Source: the human T2T-CHM13v2.0 reference genome, Homo sapiens
Length of the DNA: 64,000 nt
NCBI RefSeq assembly: GCF_009914755.1
Contig: NC_060931.1
Strand: one strand, 5' to 3'
In this document: piece after piece, positions 1 through 18,100 of the stretch
How the letters are laid out: each line of letters starts with the position of its first letter
Numbering within the stretch: position 1 is the first letter of the stretch
Program-made: the position numbers and the translations under genes
Notes under the pieces: generated by a model
Seen by the model: only the letters and a program-made list of their open reading frames with translations
What the model was told of the DNA's origin: nothing
Databases searched by the model: none

Positions 1-601
1 CCACGTTGGCCAGGCTGGTCTCAAACTCCTGGCTTCAAGTGATCTGCCCACCTCGGCCTCCCAAAGTACTGGGATTACAGGCGTGAGCCACTGTGCCCAG
101 CCCGATGCCTTGTAAATTTATATCTGACATTCCTGTCACTTAAAAAAGGCAGGCAGATTCCATCTAATATATGACTTGTGTTGTCTGTTTTGGACAACCG
201 TGTCTAATTCTCGGGGGGAATACAGCTCTTTCAAGATTTAAAGATGTATTTGATCTTTGTATGTAAGATGTGGCAGACCCGTTCCTCAATAACAACCACC
301 TTGAAAGAAACACAACAGGAAATCTCTTGTGACTTTTCTTCCTCTCTGTATAAACAGCAGATATTATGCCAAAGCAGCCGTCTGTGATTCTGGTTGTTTG
401 GGGATGCCGAACACTCAGGTCTACAGAGACAGCCTTGTGTGGTGCCAAGTGACCTGGATGTAACACTGCATTATCTAGAGGAACGAATGAATGAACTGCG
501 TGTTCTTGAAACAGCCTGCCATGTGTACCGCCACACCACCCTGAACGTGCCTGATCTTGTCTGAAATTGCTTGCCATAATGGGTTTTATTTTTTTAATTA
601 A

Positions 602-868
<267 letters not shown>

Positions 869-1246
869 TGACATCAGTGTTTTCCATCAGCCTGGAAGCA
901 TTCTCCTCCTCCTGCTCTGAACCCCGGGTTCTAGGAATGTGTGAGTGTGGAGTGCACTGGTTAGAAGTTCTAATCCTTGAAGTTGGAAGAGCCAGAAATC
1001 CAACTAGAAGTAGGTTAGGATTAAAAAAAAAAAAAGTAATTCTAGAACTTTGGGAAGGTGAGGCAGGAGGATTGCTTGAGGCCAGGAGTTCAAGACCAGC
1101 CTGGGTAATGTGGCAAGAGCCCATCTCTACAAAAAATAGAAAAATTATCCAGGTGTAGTGGCACATGCCTGTACTCCCAGCTGCACGGGAGGCTAAGGTG
1201 GGAGGATCACTTGAGCCTAAGAGGTCCAGGCTGCAATGAGCTGTGA

Positions 1247-1729
<483 letters not shown>

Positions 1730-1971
1730 GCTTCTGTGACTTTCTTCTCATGCTGACTTTGTCAGTGTGCCCAGAAATAGTGTAGCCCCAGCTCCTCTCC
1801 TCACAGCTGCAAGTTCTGCCACGGTGAGGGACTGAATCTCCCTTCAGTGATCCAATTTTGAAAGCTTTTCGGGGAGGATTCCATGGGTCCAGCCTAGCTC
1901 AGGTGTATTAGGCCCTCTGTCCAGGCAGCTGTGCACAGGGGCAGGAAGGGGCTGGTCCCAGAGGAAGATGA

Positions 1972-2421
<450 letters not shown>

Positions 2422-2814
2422 TGATCCACCCGCCTCGGCCTCCCAAAGTGCTGGGAGTACAGGCGTGAGCCACCGCGCCCGGCCAGAAGCCACTGTTTTG
2501 TAGAAAGCCGAGTCCCACTGGGAATGACTCCCTGTTAGGGGAATCTGTACTAAAGATGACAATGACTGGGTTAAATGCTGTCTGTCCAGCACTCCGTGGT
2601 CTCTCTGCTTTTCATATGTTATATCATGAATAAACCCATGAGAGGCATATCTATAGAAATTATATATTTACATGGAAATTTTATGTTTATATAGAAATTA
2701 GATATGAATAAATTACATAGAAATTAAGACATTATGTAGACATTGTATGTGTATGTATAAAAACTACATAGACTGTCTATATATATACTAGACATGTATG
2801 TAAACTACATAGAC

Positions 2815-2848
<34 letters not shown>

Positions 2849-3514
2849 AAATGTATATACATATACATACACTACATAGACTCGTGATAGCTCACGCTTG
2901 TAATTCCAGAACTTTGGGAGGCTGAGGTAGGCGGACCACCTGAGGTCAGGAGTTCGAGACCAGCCTGGCCACATGGTGAAACCCGTTTCTACTAAAAATA
3001 CATAAATTAGCTGGGTGTGTGCCTGTAATCTGAGGTACTCAGGTGGCTGAGGCAGGAGAATCACTTGAACCCAGGAGGCGGAGGTTGCAGTGAGCCGATA
3101 TTGTACATTGCACTCCAGCCTGGGCAACACAGTGAGACCCTATCTCAAAAAAAAAGTCACTGGCTTCAGCAGCCTTTAGCCCTTGGTCATAAGTTTTTCT
3201 AGAGATCAGAGTGTGGTCTGGAAGAGAACCCAGGCTCTGTAGGGTGATTGGGGCTCTGGGCTTCTTTGTGGATTGCCTCTCCCCACTCCCACATAGCTCC
3301 CGGTCCCTGCTGCTGCCCCCGGGCTGTGCCCTGCTTGTTGCCCCTCCTCTGCACGCGCTTGTCTCACCACTGGGGACAATTTGGGTCGCCCATTTGCCTA
3401 TGAACATCCGTCATCACCCCAGCAGCATGTGTCCAGGGGGCCCACCACAGCTCTTTATACCCAGCATCCCCCCTTGACCTCTGCCACAGTGATGAAAGCC
3501 CCCCGACTCTCACA

Positions 3515-3545
<31 letters not shown>

Positions 3546-4054
3546 GAGACAGACTCTTGCTCTGTCACCCAGGCTGGAGTGCAGTGGCACGATCTCGGCT
3601 CACTGTAAGCTCCGCCTCCTGGGTTCAAGTGTTTCTCCTGCCTCCCGAGTAGCTGGGATTACAGGTGCCTGGCACCATGCCCAGCTAATTTTTTTTTTTT
3701 TTGTATGTTTAGTAGAGATGGGGTTTTACCATGTTGGCCAGGCTGGTCTTGAACTCTTGCCCTCAAGTGATCCACCTGCCTCGGCTTCCCAAAGTGCTGG
3801 GATTACAGACGTGAGCCACCCTGTCTGATCTCCTTCAAATTATTTAAACTTTGATTAAACAACATAGTGAGACCCCAACTCTACAAAAAATTTAAATAAA
3901 ACCAGCTGGCCTATGCCTGTAATCCCAGCTACTCGGGAGGCTGAGGCGAGAGGATCACTTAAACCCAGGAGGTAGAGGCTGCAGCGAGCCATGATCACAC
4001 CACTGCACTCCAGCCTGGACAGAGAGAGACCCTGTCCCAAAAAGAGAAGATCTA

Positions 4055-4420
<366 letters not shown>

Positions 4421-5182
4421 TTATATACATCCTCATATTTTCTAATAGGTATAAATTGAAGATGTTTAAATGGGGGTCTTTAATTCATTGAGAGAGGGGA
4501 TGGGATGGGTGAAGGAGGCCAAGCCCTGTTCTGCATCTGTGGAACCCCTTCTCTGCATTTCTCTTGCTGTTTTAATTTTGAGCACTAGCTTACATTGAGG
4601 ATTAGAATCATGTGATACTTTAGCTCCTGCTATCCTCCCTTCCGGTGGCTCCCACCTTTTTTCCACATCAGATCATCTGTAGTTCCCCTCCGTAAATACC
4701 GTGAGGTGGGAGTCTGCATTTCCTACAGGGAAAAAAAAAATCACTTCTACCCGTGGCTGGTACGCTCTCTCCCTCTCCCACACACGCCTTACACCCGGCA
4801 TTTTCATTCTCTTTGTAGTTTCTACGAGACTTTTCTGTGCCTCCTTTGCCCATGCCAGGCCTCTTGCTAGGAATATCCTTCAGACATCAGATCATTCTGT
4901 TTATCTTTCGTGATTCTACTCCCCTGTGATCTCCTAGGAAGCTTCACTTGACAGTACGTTGGATCTGGCTGCTGTCTTCCTCGTGCCCATTCTGTATGTA
5001 ACTACATGTCTACCACCGCCTATAGTGTAATCTTACGGTACAGCTGTCTTCCTGTGTTCATCTGGCAGCAACACTCCTAACTACCTTCAGAACAGGAACA
5101 ATTTTGTGTTCAGCCCTCGACCCCAAGCGCCTGGTAGAACACCAGCAGTGTGCGAGGTCCCTGAAAGACACTTGATCATTGA

Positions 5183-5880
<698 letters not shown>

Positions 5881-6228
5881 TAAAACTGGGAAACTGCTCA
5901 CGCACTGAAAGTGCTAAGCTGGGCATGGTGGCTCATGCCTGTGATCCCAGCACTTCAGGAGGCCGAGGTGGGAGGATTGCTTGAGCCACAGGTGCAAGAC
6001 CCGATCTATACAAACGAAAAATAAAAAATTAGCCAGGCATGGTGGCATGTGCCTGCAGTCCCAGCTACTTGCGAGTCTCAAATGGAAGGATCCCTTGAGG
6101 CCCAAGTTCAAGACTTGCCTGGGCAACATGGCAAAACCCCATCTCTACCAAAACATTAAAAAATTAGTTGAGGGTGGTGATGCCTGCCTGTAGTCCCAGC
6201 TACTCGGGAGGCTGAGATGGGAGGATCA

Positions 6229-6339
<111 letters not shown>

Positions 6340-6509
6340 TCAGTGGTCAGAGTCTCGATCCCACTTGGAGTCCTCGTGAAGTTACCTGCCAAGCGAAACA
6401 GCTCTCTGTGGCTGAGATGTCCACCTTTTGTTTTGCAGGCTGAACTGTCTGCTTGCTTGGAAGGCCCAGCTGGCTCAGCACAAATCCTTTAACCGTTTCT
6501 CCCCAAGAG

Positions 6510-6800
<291 letters not shown>

Positions 6801-7183
6801 TGAGTAGCAGGGATTACAGGTGCCCGCCACCATGTGTGACTTATTTTGTATTTTTGGTAGAGACTGGGTTTCACCATGTTGGTCAGGCTGGTTTCAAACT
6901 CCTGAACTCAGGTGATCCACCTGCCTTGGCCTCCCAAAGTGCTGGGATTACAGGCGTGACCCATGGCGCCTAGCCGGATGTCCTCTTGTTTCAGGCAACT
7001 GTTCTTAAAAGCTTGGGATCTTGGCTGGGCATGGTCGCTCACACCTGTAATCCCAGCACTTTGGGAGGCCAAGGTGGGTGGATCATGAGGTCAGGAGATC
7101 AAGACCATCTGGCTAACACGGTGAAACCCCGTCTCTACTAAAAATTAGCTGGGTGTGGTGGCACGCACCTGTAGTTGCAGCTA

Positions 7184-7349
<166 letters not shown>

Positions 7350-7664
7350 TTAAACCTTGAGATGCCTTAGTGATCCTGCCACCTGCACACATCACTACAC
7401 GATTCCTTTCCTGTCTCTGGATTTTAGAGAAAGGCATAGTCTATTTTTTTCTTTTTTTTTTCTTTTTTTTGTTTTTTTTTTTTTTGAGACAGTCTGGCTG
7501 TTGCCCAGGCTCGAGTACAGTGGTACGATCTTGGCTCACTGCAACCTCCGCCTCCCAGGTTGAAGTGATTCTCCTGCTTCAGCCTCCTGAGTAGCTGGGA
7601 TTACAAGCACGTGCCACCACCATGCTCGGCTAAATTTTTTTTTTTTTTTTTTTTTTTTCAGTAG

Positions 7665-7799
<135 letters not shown>

Positions 7800-9275
7800 T
7801 GAGAGACTGTCTTGCTTTTTCACCCAGACTGGAGTGCAGTGGAGTGATGGTAGCTCACTGCAGCCTCCAACTCCTGGGCTCAAGTGATCCTCTTACTTCA
7901 GCCTCCTTAGTAGCTGCTACTTCAGGCACATGCCATCACACTGAGCCACTGAGCTCATTTTTTTTTTCATTTTTGTAGAGATGGGGTCTCCCTATGTCGT
8001 CCAGGATGGTCTCAAACTCCTAGGCTCAAGCGATCCTCCTGCCTTAGCCTCCCAAGTAGCTGGGACTACAGGCATGAGCCATATGCCTGACCATCTATTT
8101 TCATTTGTCCTTTGATTCTGCTCTGCTGTCCCCCACTAAGACCTCGATTGCCAAGTCTTCCTGTAGAATCTTCAGTATTTTCCCTGTGGTTATAAAACAG
8201 GTTTTCTCCTGTGTTCAGAGATTCATTGATCTGCCCTATGTTAAAATAGCTGTTATTTTGTGCTATTTGTTCTTCTTTTCATCGTTTTCTTTTACTGTGA
8301 AATGCCTCAAAAACATATTTTCTACACGTATAATTTAGTCGCCTCTCTCTTCTTCACACCCACAAACTGGTGAAAGCCATTGCTGTCCTTTAGTGTACTT
8401 AATGACTTTATTTATTTGTTTTTGAATAAATAATCCAGTGTTGCCCACACTGGAGTGTAGTGGCATGATCTCGGCTCACTGCAACCTCTGCCTCCCGAGT
8501 AGCTGGGCCTACAGGTGCGCACCACCATGCCTGGCTAATTTTTGTATTTTTAGTAGAGATACCGTTTCACCATGTTGGCCAGGATGGTCTCGATCTCCTG
8601 ACCTCGTGATCCGCCCGCCTCAGCCTCCTAAAGTGCTGGGATTACAGGCGTGAGCCACTGCGCCCGGCCAACTTGATGAGGTTAAATCACTGCTGTCTCC
8701 CTCCCAGCTCACCTTCGTGTGGCATTGATTGATGCTGATCACCAAGTTTCTGCTGCAGAAAACGAAGGGGCTGGGTTATTTGGAGCTGGCACCATCTTTT
8801 CTATTAAATGCTCATTTAGGGGCCAGGCATGGTGGCTCACGCCTGTAATCCCAACAGTTTGAGAGGCTGAGGCAGGCAGATCACATGGGTTTAGGAGTTT
8901 GAGAGCAGTCTAGCCAACGTGGTGAAAAGCCATTTCTACTAAAAATAGAAAAATTAGCTGGGTATGGTGGCATGTGCCTATAGTGTCATCTAATCAGGGG
9001 ACTGAGGGGAGAGGATCACTTGAGCCCAGGAGGTTGAGGCTGCAATAAGCTGTGGTTCCTCCAGCCTGGGCAACAGAGCTTGACCGCATCTCAAAAAAAC
9101 AAAAATCGAACATCAGCTGGCACCAGTAATGGAATCAGAAGTAATTAAACCCTCCAGGCATGGCAGCTGTCACCTGTAGTCCCAGCACTTTGGGAGGCTG
9201 AGGCTGGAGGATCGCTTGAGTCCAGGAGGTCGAGGTTGCAGTGAGCTATGATCACGCGAGACCCTGTTTCTTAAA

Positions 9276-9307
<32 letters not shown>

Positions 9308-9825
9308 ACTTGGCTCATCTTGAAGGTTTTTTTGTAGAGATGGGGTCTCACGATGTTGCCCAGGATTGTGTTGAACTCCTGGGCTCAAGCGATCCTCCCA
9401 CCCCGGCCTCTTAAAGTGCTGGGATTACAAGTGTGAGTCACTGTGCCTGGCCGATCTTAGAGGTTAATGTCAACTTTGTCTACTTCACGCATCTGGTTAC
9501 TCTACTGTCCAGCCCAGTACATTACCTTTTATATGACTTTTAAATTCTTCTTTCAAAACCATGTAATATGGCTCCATTCTGCCTAATGGGCTGTACTCAG
9601 TATAACCCCATGGGGAGAAGAGCTATTATTTCATTTGTCTGTGTTTCTGCAAGAAGCTCTGGGGGACACTCCTTTAAATCCCTCTTTGGATCAGGACAAG
9701 AATTCTTTGTCACGCGTTTGTTCGGGACGCTGCTAATTAATTGATGATCCACACCAAAATCACGTGGGGAACTTCAAAAATATCCCTGGCTGAATCTCAC
9801 CCTAGAAATCTGACGGGGGAGATGA

Positions 9826-10062
<237 letters not shown>

Positions 10063-11176
10063 TAGTAGAGAGGGGGGTTTCTGCATGTTGGTCAGGCTGG
10101 TCTCAAACTCCTGACCTCAGGTGATCCGCCTGCCTCGGACTCCCAAAGTGCTGGGATTACAGGTGTGAGCCACCGCACCTGGCCAGGAACTTTTTTTTTT
10201 TTTTTGAGAGAGAGCCTTTCTCTGTCACCCAGGCTGGAGTGCAGTGGCACAGTCACTGCAACCTCCGCCTCCTAGGATCAAGCAGTCCTCCTGCCTTAGT
10301 CTCCCAAGTAGCTGGGATTACAGGCACGCGCCACTGTGCCTGGCTAATTTTTCTATTTTTAGTAGAGACAGGGTTTCACCATGTTGACCAGGCTGGTCTC
10401 AGACTCCTGACCCCAGGTGATCTGCCCACCTTGGCCTCCCAAGGTGCTGGGATTACAGGTGTGAGCCACTGCACCCAGCCAGGAACTTTTTTTTTTTTCT
10501 TTTCTCCTTTTATTTTTTTGAGACAGTGTTTCGCTCTTGTTGCCCAGGCTGGAGTACACAATGGCATGATCTCGGCTCACTGCAACCTCTGCCTCTTCGG
10601 TTCAAGTGATTCTCTTGTCTCAGCCTCCCAAGTAGCTGGGATTATAGGCATGTGCCACCACGCTTAGCTAATTTTGTACTTTCAGTAGAGACGGGGGTTT
10701 CACCATGTTGGTCAGGCTGGTCTCAAACTCCCGACCTCAGGTGATCCGCCTGCCTCGGCCTCCCAAAAGTGCTGGGATTACAGGCGTGAGCCACTGTACC
10801 CAGCCAGGAACTTCTAAACAGAGGACTGACATCCTTGAGTCAGACATAAGCCTCAGAGGTGAGGCAGCAGGTAGCGTCTTTAGTTTAAAATGTCAATAAA
10901 GATACACCAGGTGTGGTGGCTCATGCCTGTAATCTTAGCATTTGGAGAGGCTGAGGCAAAAGAATTGCTTGAGGCCAGGAGTTCGGGACTAGCCTGGGCA
11001 ACATAGCAAAACTCCATCTCTACAAAAAAAGAAACTAGGCATGAGCCACTGTGTCTGGCTAATTTTTATAATCCCAGCTGATTGGGAGGCCAAGGCAGGA
11101 GGATCGCCTGAGGCCAGAAGCTCAAGACAAGCCTGGGCAACATAGTGAGACCCCCATATCTACAAAAACAATTTTA

Positions 11177-11287
<111 letters not shown>

Positions 11288-11520
11288 CTACCGTGCTCCA
11301 ACCTGAGTGACGGAGACCCTGTCACCAAAACAAAAACAACAAAGTGGTAATACAGGCATCACGAGACAGCAGGGAATCTGACTCTGAGGCCAGGGTGGCT
11401 TGTGTGTACTCTAGTATTCTTCTGTTGGACATCATAAAGATCCATAGGTCCATGTGAGAATAAGTCACTGCAGAAAATGCCGCTAGCTCTAAGATAATTC
11501 CTTTAACAATAAAGAGCTCA

Positions 11521-11917
<397 letters not shown>

Positions 11918-12514
11918 CTAGGCCTCAAGAAAGGGACCGGGCACTTGGTTTTACTACTTTTTGGGACAGAGTTTCCCTCCATCACCCAGGCTGGAGTGCC
12001 GTGGTGTGATCATGGCTCAGTACAGCTTCAACCTCCCAGGCTCAAGCGACCTTCCCACCTCAGCCTCCTGAGTAGCTGGGATTACAGGCAATTAGGCTTA
12101 AAACCACAAAATGAATGCTCCCTTCAAGCTTTTCTGCAATAGTTTTGTGATACAGTACTCCAAGATTAACAAACTTACGGCCAGGCGCAGTGGCTCACGC
12201 CTGTAATCCCTGCACTTCGGGAGGCCAAGGCCAGCAGATCACCTGAGGTCAGGAGTTCAAGACCAGCCTGGCCAACATGGTGAAACCCCGTCTCTACTAA
12301 AAATACAAAAATTAGCTGGGTACGGTGGCTGGCACCTGTAATCCCAGCTACTCAGGAAGCTGAGGCAGGAGAATAACTTGAACCTGAGAGGCAGAAGTTG
12401 GAGTGAGCCAAGATCACTCCAGTACACTCCAGCTTGGGCAACGGAGTGAGACTCCGTCTCAAAAAAAAAAAAAAAAAAAAAAAAATCCCCACAAGTTTGT
12501 GTTATTTTTTCTAG

Positions 12515-13560
12515 AAGAAGTTTGGCAAGTTGCTACCCAGCCAGATAGCCAACAGCAACACGAAGACCAACATTTGAGCCATACGTTTCTAGACAAGAAA
12601 GACTGGACCGGAAATGAGCTTCATGAATGTAACGAACTTGGAAAAAAACTCCATCAGAACCCAAACCTCCTTCCATCAAAACAGCAGGTCCGCACACGTG
12701 ACTTGTGCAGAAAGAGTTTGATGTGTAACCTGGACTTCACTCCTAACGCCTACCTGGCGAGGAGGAGATTTCAGTGCGACGGCCACGGAAACTTCTTCTC
12801 TGTTCGAAACTTGAAACTCCACCTTCAGGAGCGAATCCACGCGGAGGTCACCAGTGTGGAAGTGCTTTAAGCTGTGACGAGGGAGTTCCTGCAGCTCAGG
12901 GAGCCAGTAGTGAGAAACCCCACGAATGCACGAAGTGTGGGAAAGCCTTGTGCTGCAGATCGGACCTCAGGGTACATCACGGGGTCCACGCGGGGGAGAA
13001 GTCCTCTGCGTGCAGTGAACGGGGGAGTGGTTTCAGGGAGAAGCTTTGCCCTGACAAACAGGGAACTCACACAAAGGAGAAACCCGCTAGAGACAGCAGA
13101 AGTGGTAAAACGATCTTCCGGAAGACACGCCTGTGTGTCCCGGGCACAGTTCACGCCGGAGCGAAGCCTTACAAGTGTTGGGAGTGTGAGAAAACCTCCC
13201 ACAAGTCGCGCCTCATCGAGCACCTTCGCTCCCACACGGGGGAGAAGCCCTGCGGCTGCAGGGAATGCGGAAAGGCCTTTTTCCAGAAGTCACACCTCAT
13301 CCTGCGTCAGAGGACTCACACGGGGGAGAAGCCCTGCGACTGCGCGGAGTGCGGGAAAGCTGCTCCCAGGACTCCTGCCTCCTGACCCACAGGCGGACTC
13401 GCGGGGAAGAAACCGTACGAGTGCTCCGACTGCGGGAAGACCTCCCGGAAGGCGAACCTCATCCGCCACCACGGGATCCACACGAGGGAGAAGCTGCATG
13501 GGTGAAGAGACCGTGGGATCGTCACAAAGTCACATCACGAGGTCGCCGAACCTCTAGGAG
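12515..13560 (+). pseudogene. ZNF815P: Linker plus degenerate C2H2 zinc-finger array exon, disrupted by several frameshifts
   Basis: ttttttctag| acceptor, EEVWQV linker start, HTGEKP linkers and CxxC motifs spread over different frames; the KRAB frame stops at TAA 12868-12870; further frameshifts near 13360 and 13400; only one finger (CTKC-x12-HHGVH) has canonical spacing. Confidence 0.9.
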
Positions 13561-13751
13561 GGACATCGCCAGGGAAACAGCCCTCAACCAAAACTACGAC
13601 GCCACCCTAGGCAGAGGTCCCATATCGGGGTGAAATTCGGCCACTTTGGTGGCTTAAGGAAGGCATGGTCAGCTGGGCGCTGTGGCTCACGCCTGTAATC
13701 CCAGCGCTTTGGGACGCCGAGGCGAGTGGATCACCTGAGGTCAGGAGTTCA

Positions 13752-13982
<231 letters not shown>

Positions 13983-14054
13983 TTAAAACTAACGACGGAA
14001 GGGTAATGGTATGCTAGAGTGATCTATTTTCGTAGGTGTACTTTTTTTTTTTGA

Positions 14055-14315
<261 letters not shown>

Positions 14316-14922
14316 TGAGCCACTTTAGCCAGGATATACTTAATTATAAAGACAACTGTGGATATGAAGTTTTTTTTTCTTTTGAGATGAAGTTTTACTC
14401 TTGTTGCCCAGGCTATGGGAAGAAATGAAATCATTACGACTAACAGATCTAAAAAGCGTGAGAACATCCCAGAGGGACGCAGGGGTGTGTTCCAAGTGTG
14501 CTACAGACAGATAATTTTTATTTTTGTGTTGCACTGGTGAACAGAACATAATTGTGAATCTGTAGACATACATACCATAATATATAGAAGATCTATGGAT
14601 ACTTTCTATGCTAAATTATACCCTTCTGTGTTTGTGATATAGAACTGGAATAAGATGAATATATTATTAAAGCAGAGAGGCCCACTGCAGCAGCACATAC
14701 CATTTCTTCTGTTTGTCATCACGTATTACAGAGCCCCTGAACTTGGAAGCTAACAATTTCATGACATCTGATAACTCACAGTCAACTAGTTTATAAGTTA
14801 TATTTTTGGCTGGGCTCGGTCGCTCACACCTGTAAACCCAACACTTTGGGAGGCTGAGGCAGGCAGATCACATGAGGTCAGGAGTTTGAGACCAGCCTGG
14901 CCAACACGGTGAAACCCCGTCA

Positions 14923-15117
<195 letters not shown>

Positions 15118-18100
15118 TTAGGACTCCATTTTCTGGCAATACGGTGGACCGTCTAAAGTGAAAATCACCGGGGCAGTGGCTCGTGCCTGTGATCTCAGCA
15201 CTTGGGAAAGTCAAGGTGGACAGGTCACTTGACCCCAGGAGTTCAAGACCAGCCTGGGCAACACGGTGAGACCCTGTCTGTACCAAATACATATATATAT
15301 TAGCTGGGCGTGGTGGCACGTGCCTGTAGGACCAGGTACTTGGGAGGCTGAGGTGGGAGAATCCCTTGAGCCCAGGAGTTTGAGGCTACAGTGAGCCATG
15401 GTCGTGCCACTGCGCACCAGCCTGGGTGACAGTGAGACCCTCTCTCAATAGAAATGAAGTGAAAACCCACTGAAAACAACTGGACATGACGGACAACAAC
15501 CGCTGACATCCTTTTAGATACATAATTCAGCTCTCAGGAAAATAAGTATCCAGGTGCCAGCTATGTAGAAGGTACTGAAAAACAGAAAGTCTGTGAGTTG
15601 ATGCTGTAGCTGTTCTATGGGTTTTTGTTTACTTGGAACTTGAATGTTAAATGGTATAGAAGGGTAAGAAACAAGAACTTGGGGGCTACACAAGACAGAA
15701 CTGGCCTTGAAATAACTCAGATGCGCAGAACTTTCCACAGGCTGTACATCAAGGGAGACGGCAGACTGGAGACAGAAAGCTTGCCTGTCTGTCCTTGGGC
15801 TCTGGGTAGGGCAAGATTTTACCTGGATGAGTCCATGTGCACTGGCCTGCATGTCATCTAAGTTAGAATTTGAACTTGCCCTACTCATGTTCCAATTGAG
15901 AAACTGAACAATCAGGCCGGGTGCAGTGGCTGTAATCCCAGCATTCTGGGAGGCTGAGGAGGGTGAATCACCCGAGGTCAAGAGTTTGAGACCAGCCTGC
16001 CCAACATGGTGAAACCCCATCTCTACTACAAATACAAAAAGCTGGGCGTGATGGCAGACGCCTGTAGTCCCAGCTACTCGGGAGGCTGAGGCAGGAGACT
16101 TCGCTCGAACCTGGGAGGCAGAGGTTGCAGTGAGCCGAGATCGCACCACTGCACTCCGGTTTGGGCAACAAGCAAAACTCTTGTTAAGAAAAAAAGGTAG
16201 ACACAGCATGAGTCCACTTATATAAGGTACCTAGAATAGTCAAACTGATAAGAGACAGAAAAAAAGTAAAACGTTGGTTATCAGAGCTTGGGGGTAAGGG
16301 GGATGGAGAGTGAGGGTTAATGGGGACAGTTTCAGTTTGGGAAGATGGAAAAGTGCTGGAGATGGATGATGGTGATGGTTGTACAATATTTTGTTTTTCT
16401 CTTTTTTTTTTTTTTGAGATGGAGTCTCGCTCTGTCGCCCCAACTGGAGTGCAGTGGTGCAATCTCGGCTCACCGCAACCTCCACTTCCCGGGTTCAAGA
16501 AATTCTCCTGCCTCAGCCTCCTGAGTAGCTGGGATTATAGGTGCACACCACCATGTCCAGCTAATTTTTGTATTTTTAGTAGAGATGGGGTTTTGCCACG
16601 TTGGCCAGGCTGGTCTTGAACTCCTGACCTCCTGCCCGCCTTGGCCTCCCAAAGTGCTGGTGTTATAGGCGTGAGCCACCATGCCCAGCCTGGTTGCACA
16701 ATATTTTTGATGTAATAAATGCCACTGAATTGTACCCTCAAAAATAGCGAAAATGGCAAATTTTATGTTACGCATATTTTACCACAATTAAAAAAAAAAA
16801 AGTGTAGGATCCACTCCCAGCTGGTGCTCTGGCCCTGCCCTGGCCCCACAGTGGAGGAAGGTGCTTCTCTCCCATTAACGTGGACACGCCTTGACCAGGA
16901 CTTTGAGCGTGTGGTTTTTCCCTTCCCTAGCCCGGGCCTCGGACCTTCTATGACAATCCGCTTTCCTCTTATATGTGATTTTACTTTCCCAGACTGGAAC
17001 ATTTGCTTTCTGTTCACTTTACTGAACAACACTTAGACATCCAACCTCTCTCTGTCCTCTCTCTTCCCTGAAGCTTCCTTGGCACACAACACACCTAGGC
17101 AAGCCTGGGTGGGTACAGGAGTGGTTCACTGCATCCCTGGAACAGGCTCAGGGGTTTTCGGGCATAAAGGCCTCCTCCCTGGCTTGATGGTCAACCTGTG
17201 CCCAGTGTCACATCCATCAAATGACTTTGTATTTCACAGCTTCTCTTCCACCCCCACTCTCTTGGGAGAGGTCAGGCCCTTCCAGCCCAGAGTGGGGGTC
17301 AGTGTGGACCTGGGATTTGATGTATACTCTAAGCTTGGGGAAAAAAAATGGTTAAAAAGTCCCCCAAGGGCAGCAGGAAATCGGGCTCTGGTCCCAGATG
17401 CATTTGTGATGAAAGGGATTAGACTCTGCAGCTCCTGTTAAAATCAACCACCGCGTCCATGGGTTGATCCAAGAATTCTGTGCAAAGTCTGTAAAACTCC
17501 GTCCTTGGTCTTGCTTGCTTTAATGACAGTCTTTCACATTTTTGTCCTAACATGTTTCTTCTCAGCCTGATTTTTTTAACAAACTGGCAACTTTGAAATG
17601 TAAAACAGTGAAATCTAGAATTTTCTCCCAGAGAAAACTTTTCCAGAGAGAACACACACACACACACACGCCCATCAATTGAGAACCATATGCTAAGAGC
17701 AACTATGTTTACTTTACAAAAGAATAATGTCTTGGCTGGGCACGGTGGTTCACGCCTGTAATCCCAGCACTTTGGGAGGCCGAGACAGGCAGATCACTTG
17801 AGCTCAGGAGTTTGAGACCAGCCTGCGCAACATGGTGAAACCCTGTCTCTACAAAAAAAATTAGCCGGACGTGGTAGCATGTGCCTGCAGTCCCAGCTAC
17901 TCAGGAGGCTGAGATGGGAGGATCGCTTGAGCCTGGGAAGTGGAGGTTGTGGTGAGCCAAGATTGCGCCACGGCACTCCAGCCTGGGAGACAGAGTGAGA
18001 TGCTGCCTCAATAACAATAATCACAACATCTTGAAATAACCGTTTCTGTCTCTTTCTTGCCACTGGAGACAGAAGAGTTAGCCAGGTTGCAGTTTTTTTT

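Noticed and set aside
891-940. Possible ATG-bearing upstream exon of the KRAB gene (catcag|...GGAATGT|gtgagt)
   Set aside because: The ATG would be out of phase with the phase-0 KRAB-A exon; it could be a UTR exon but cannot be supported.
12774-13385. 203-aa zinc-finger ORF as a stand-alone gene
   Set aside because: It starts at GTG, is out of frame with the KRAB exons, and most fingers lack Zn ligands or correct spacing.
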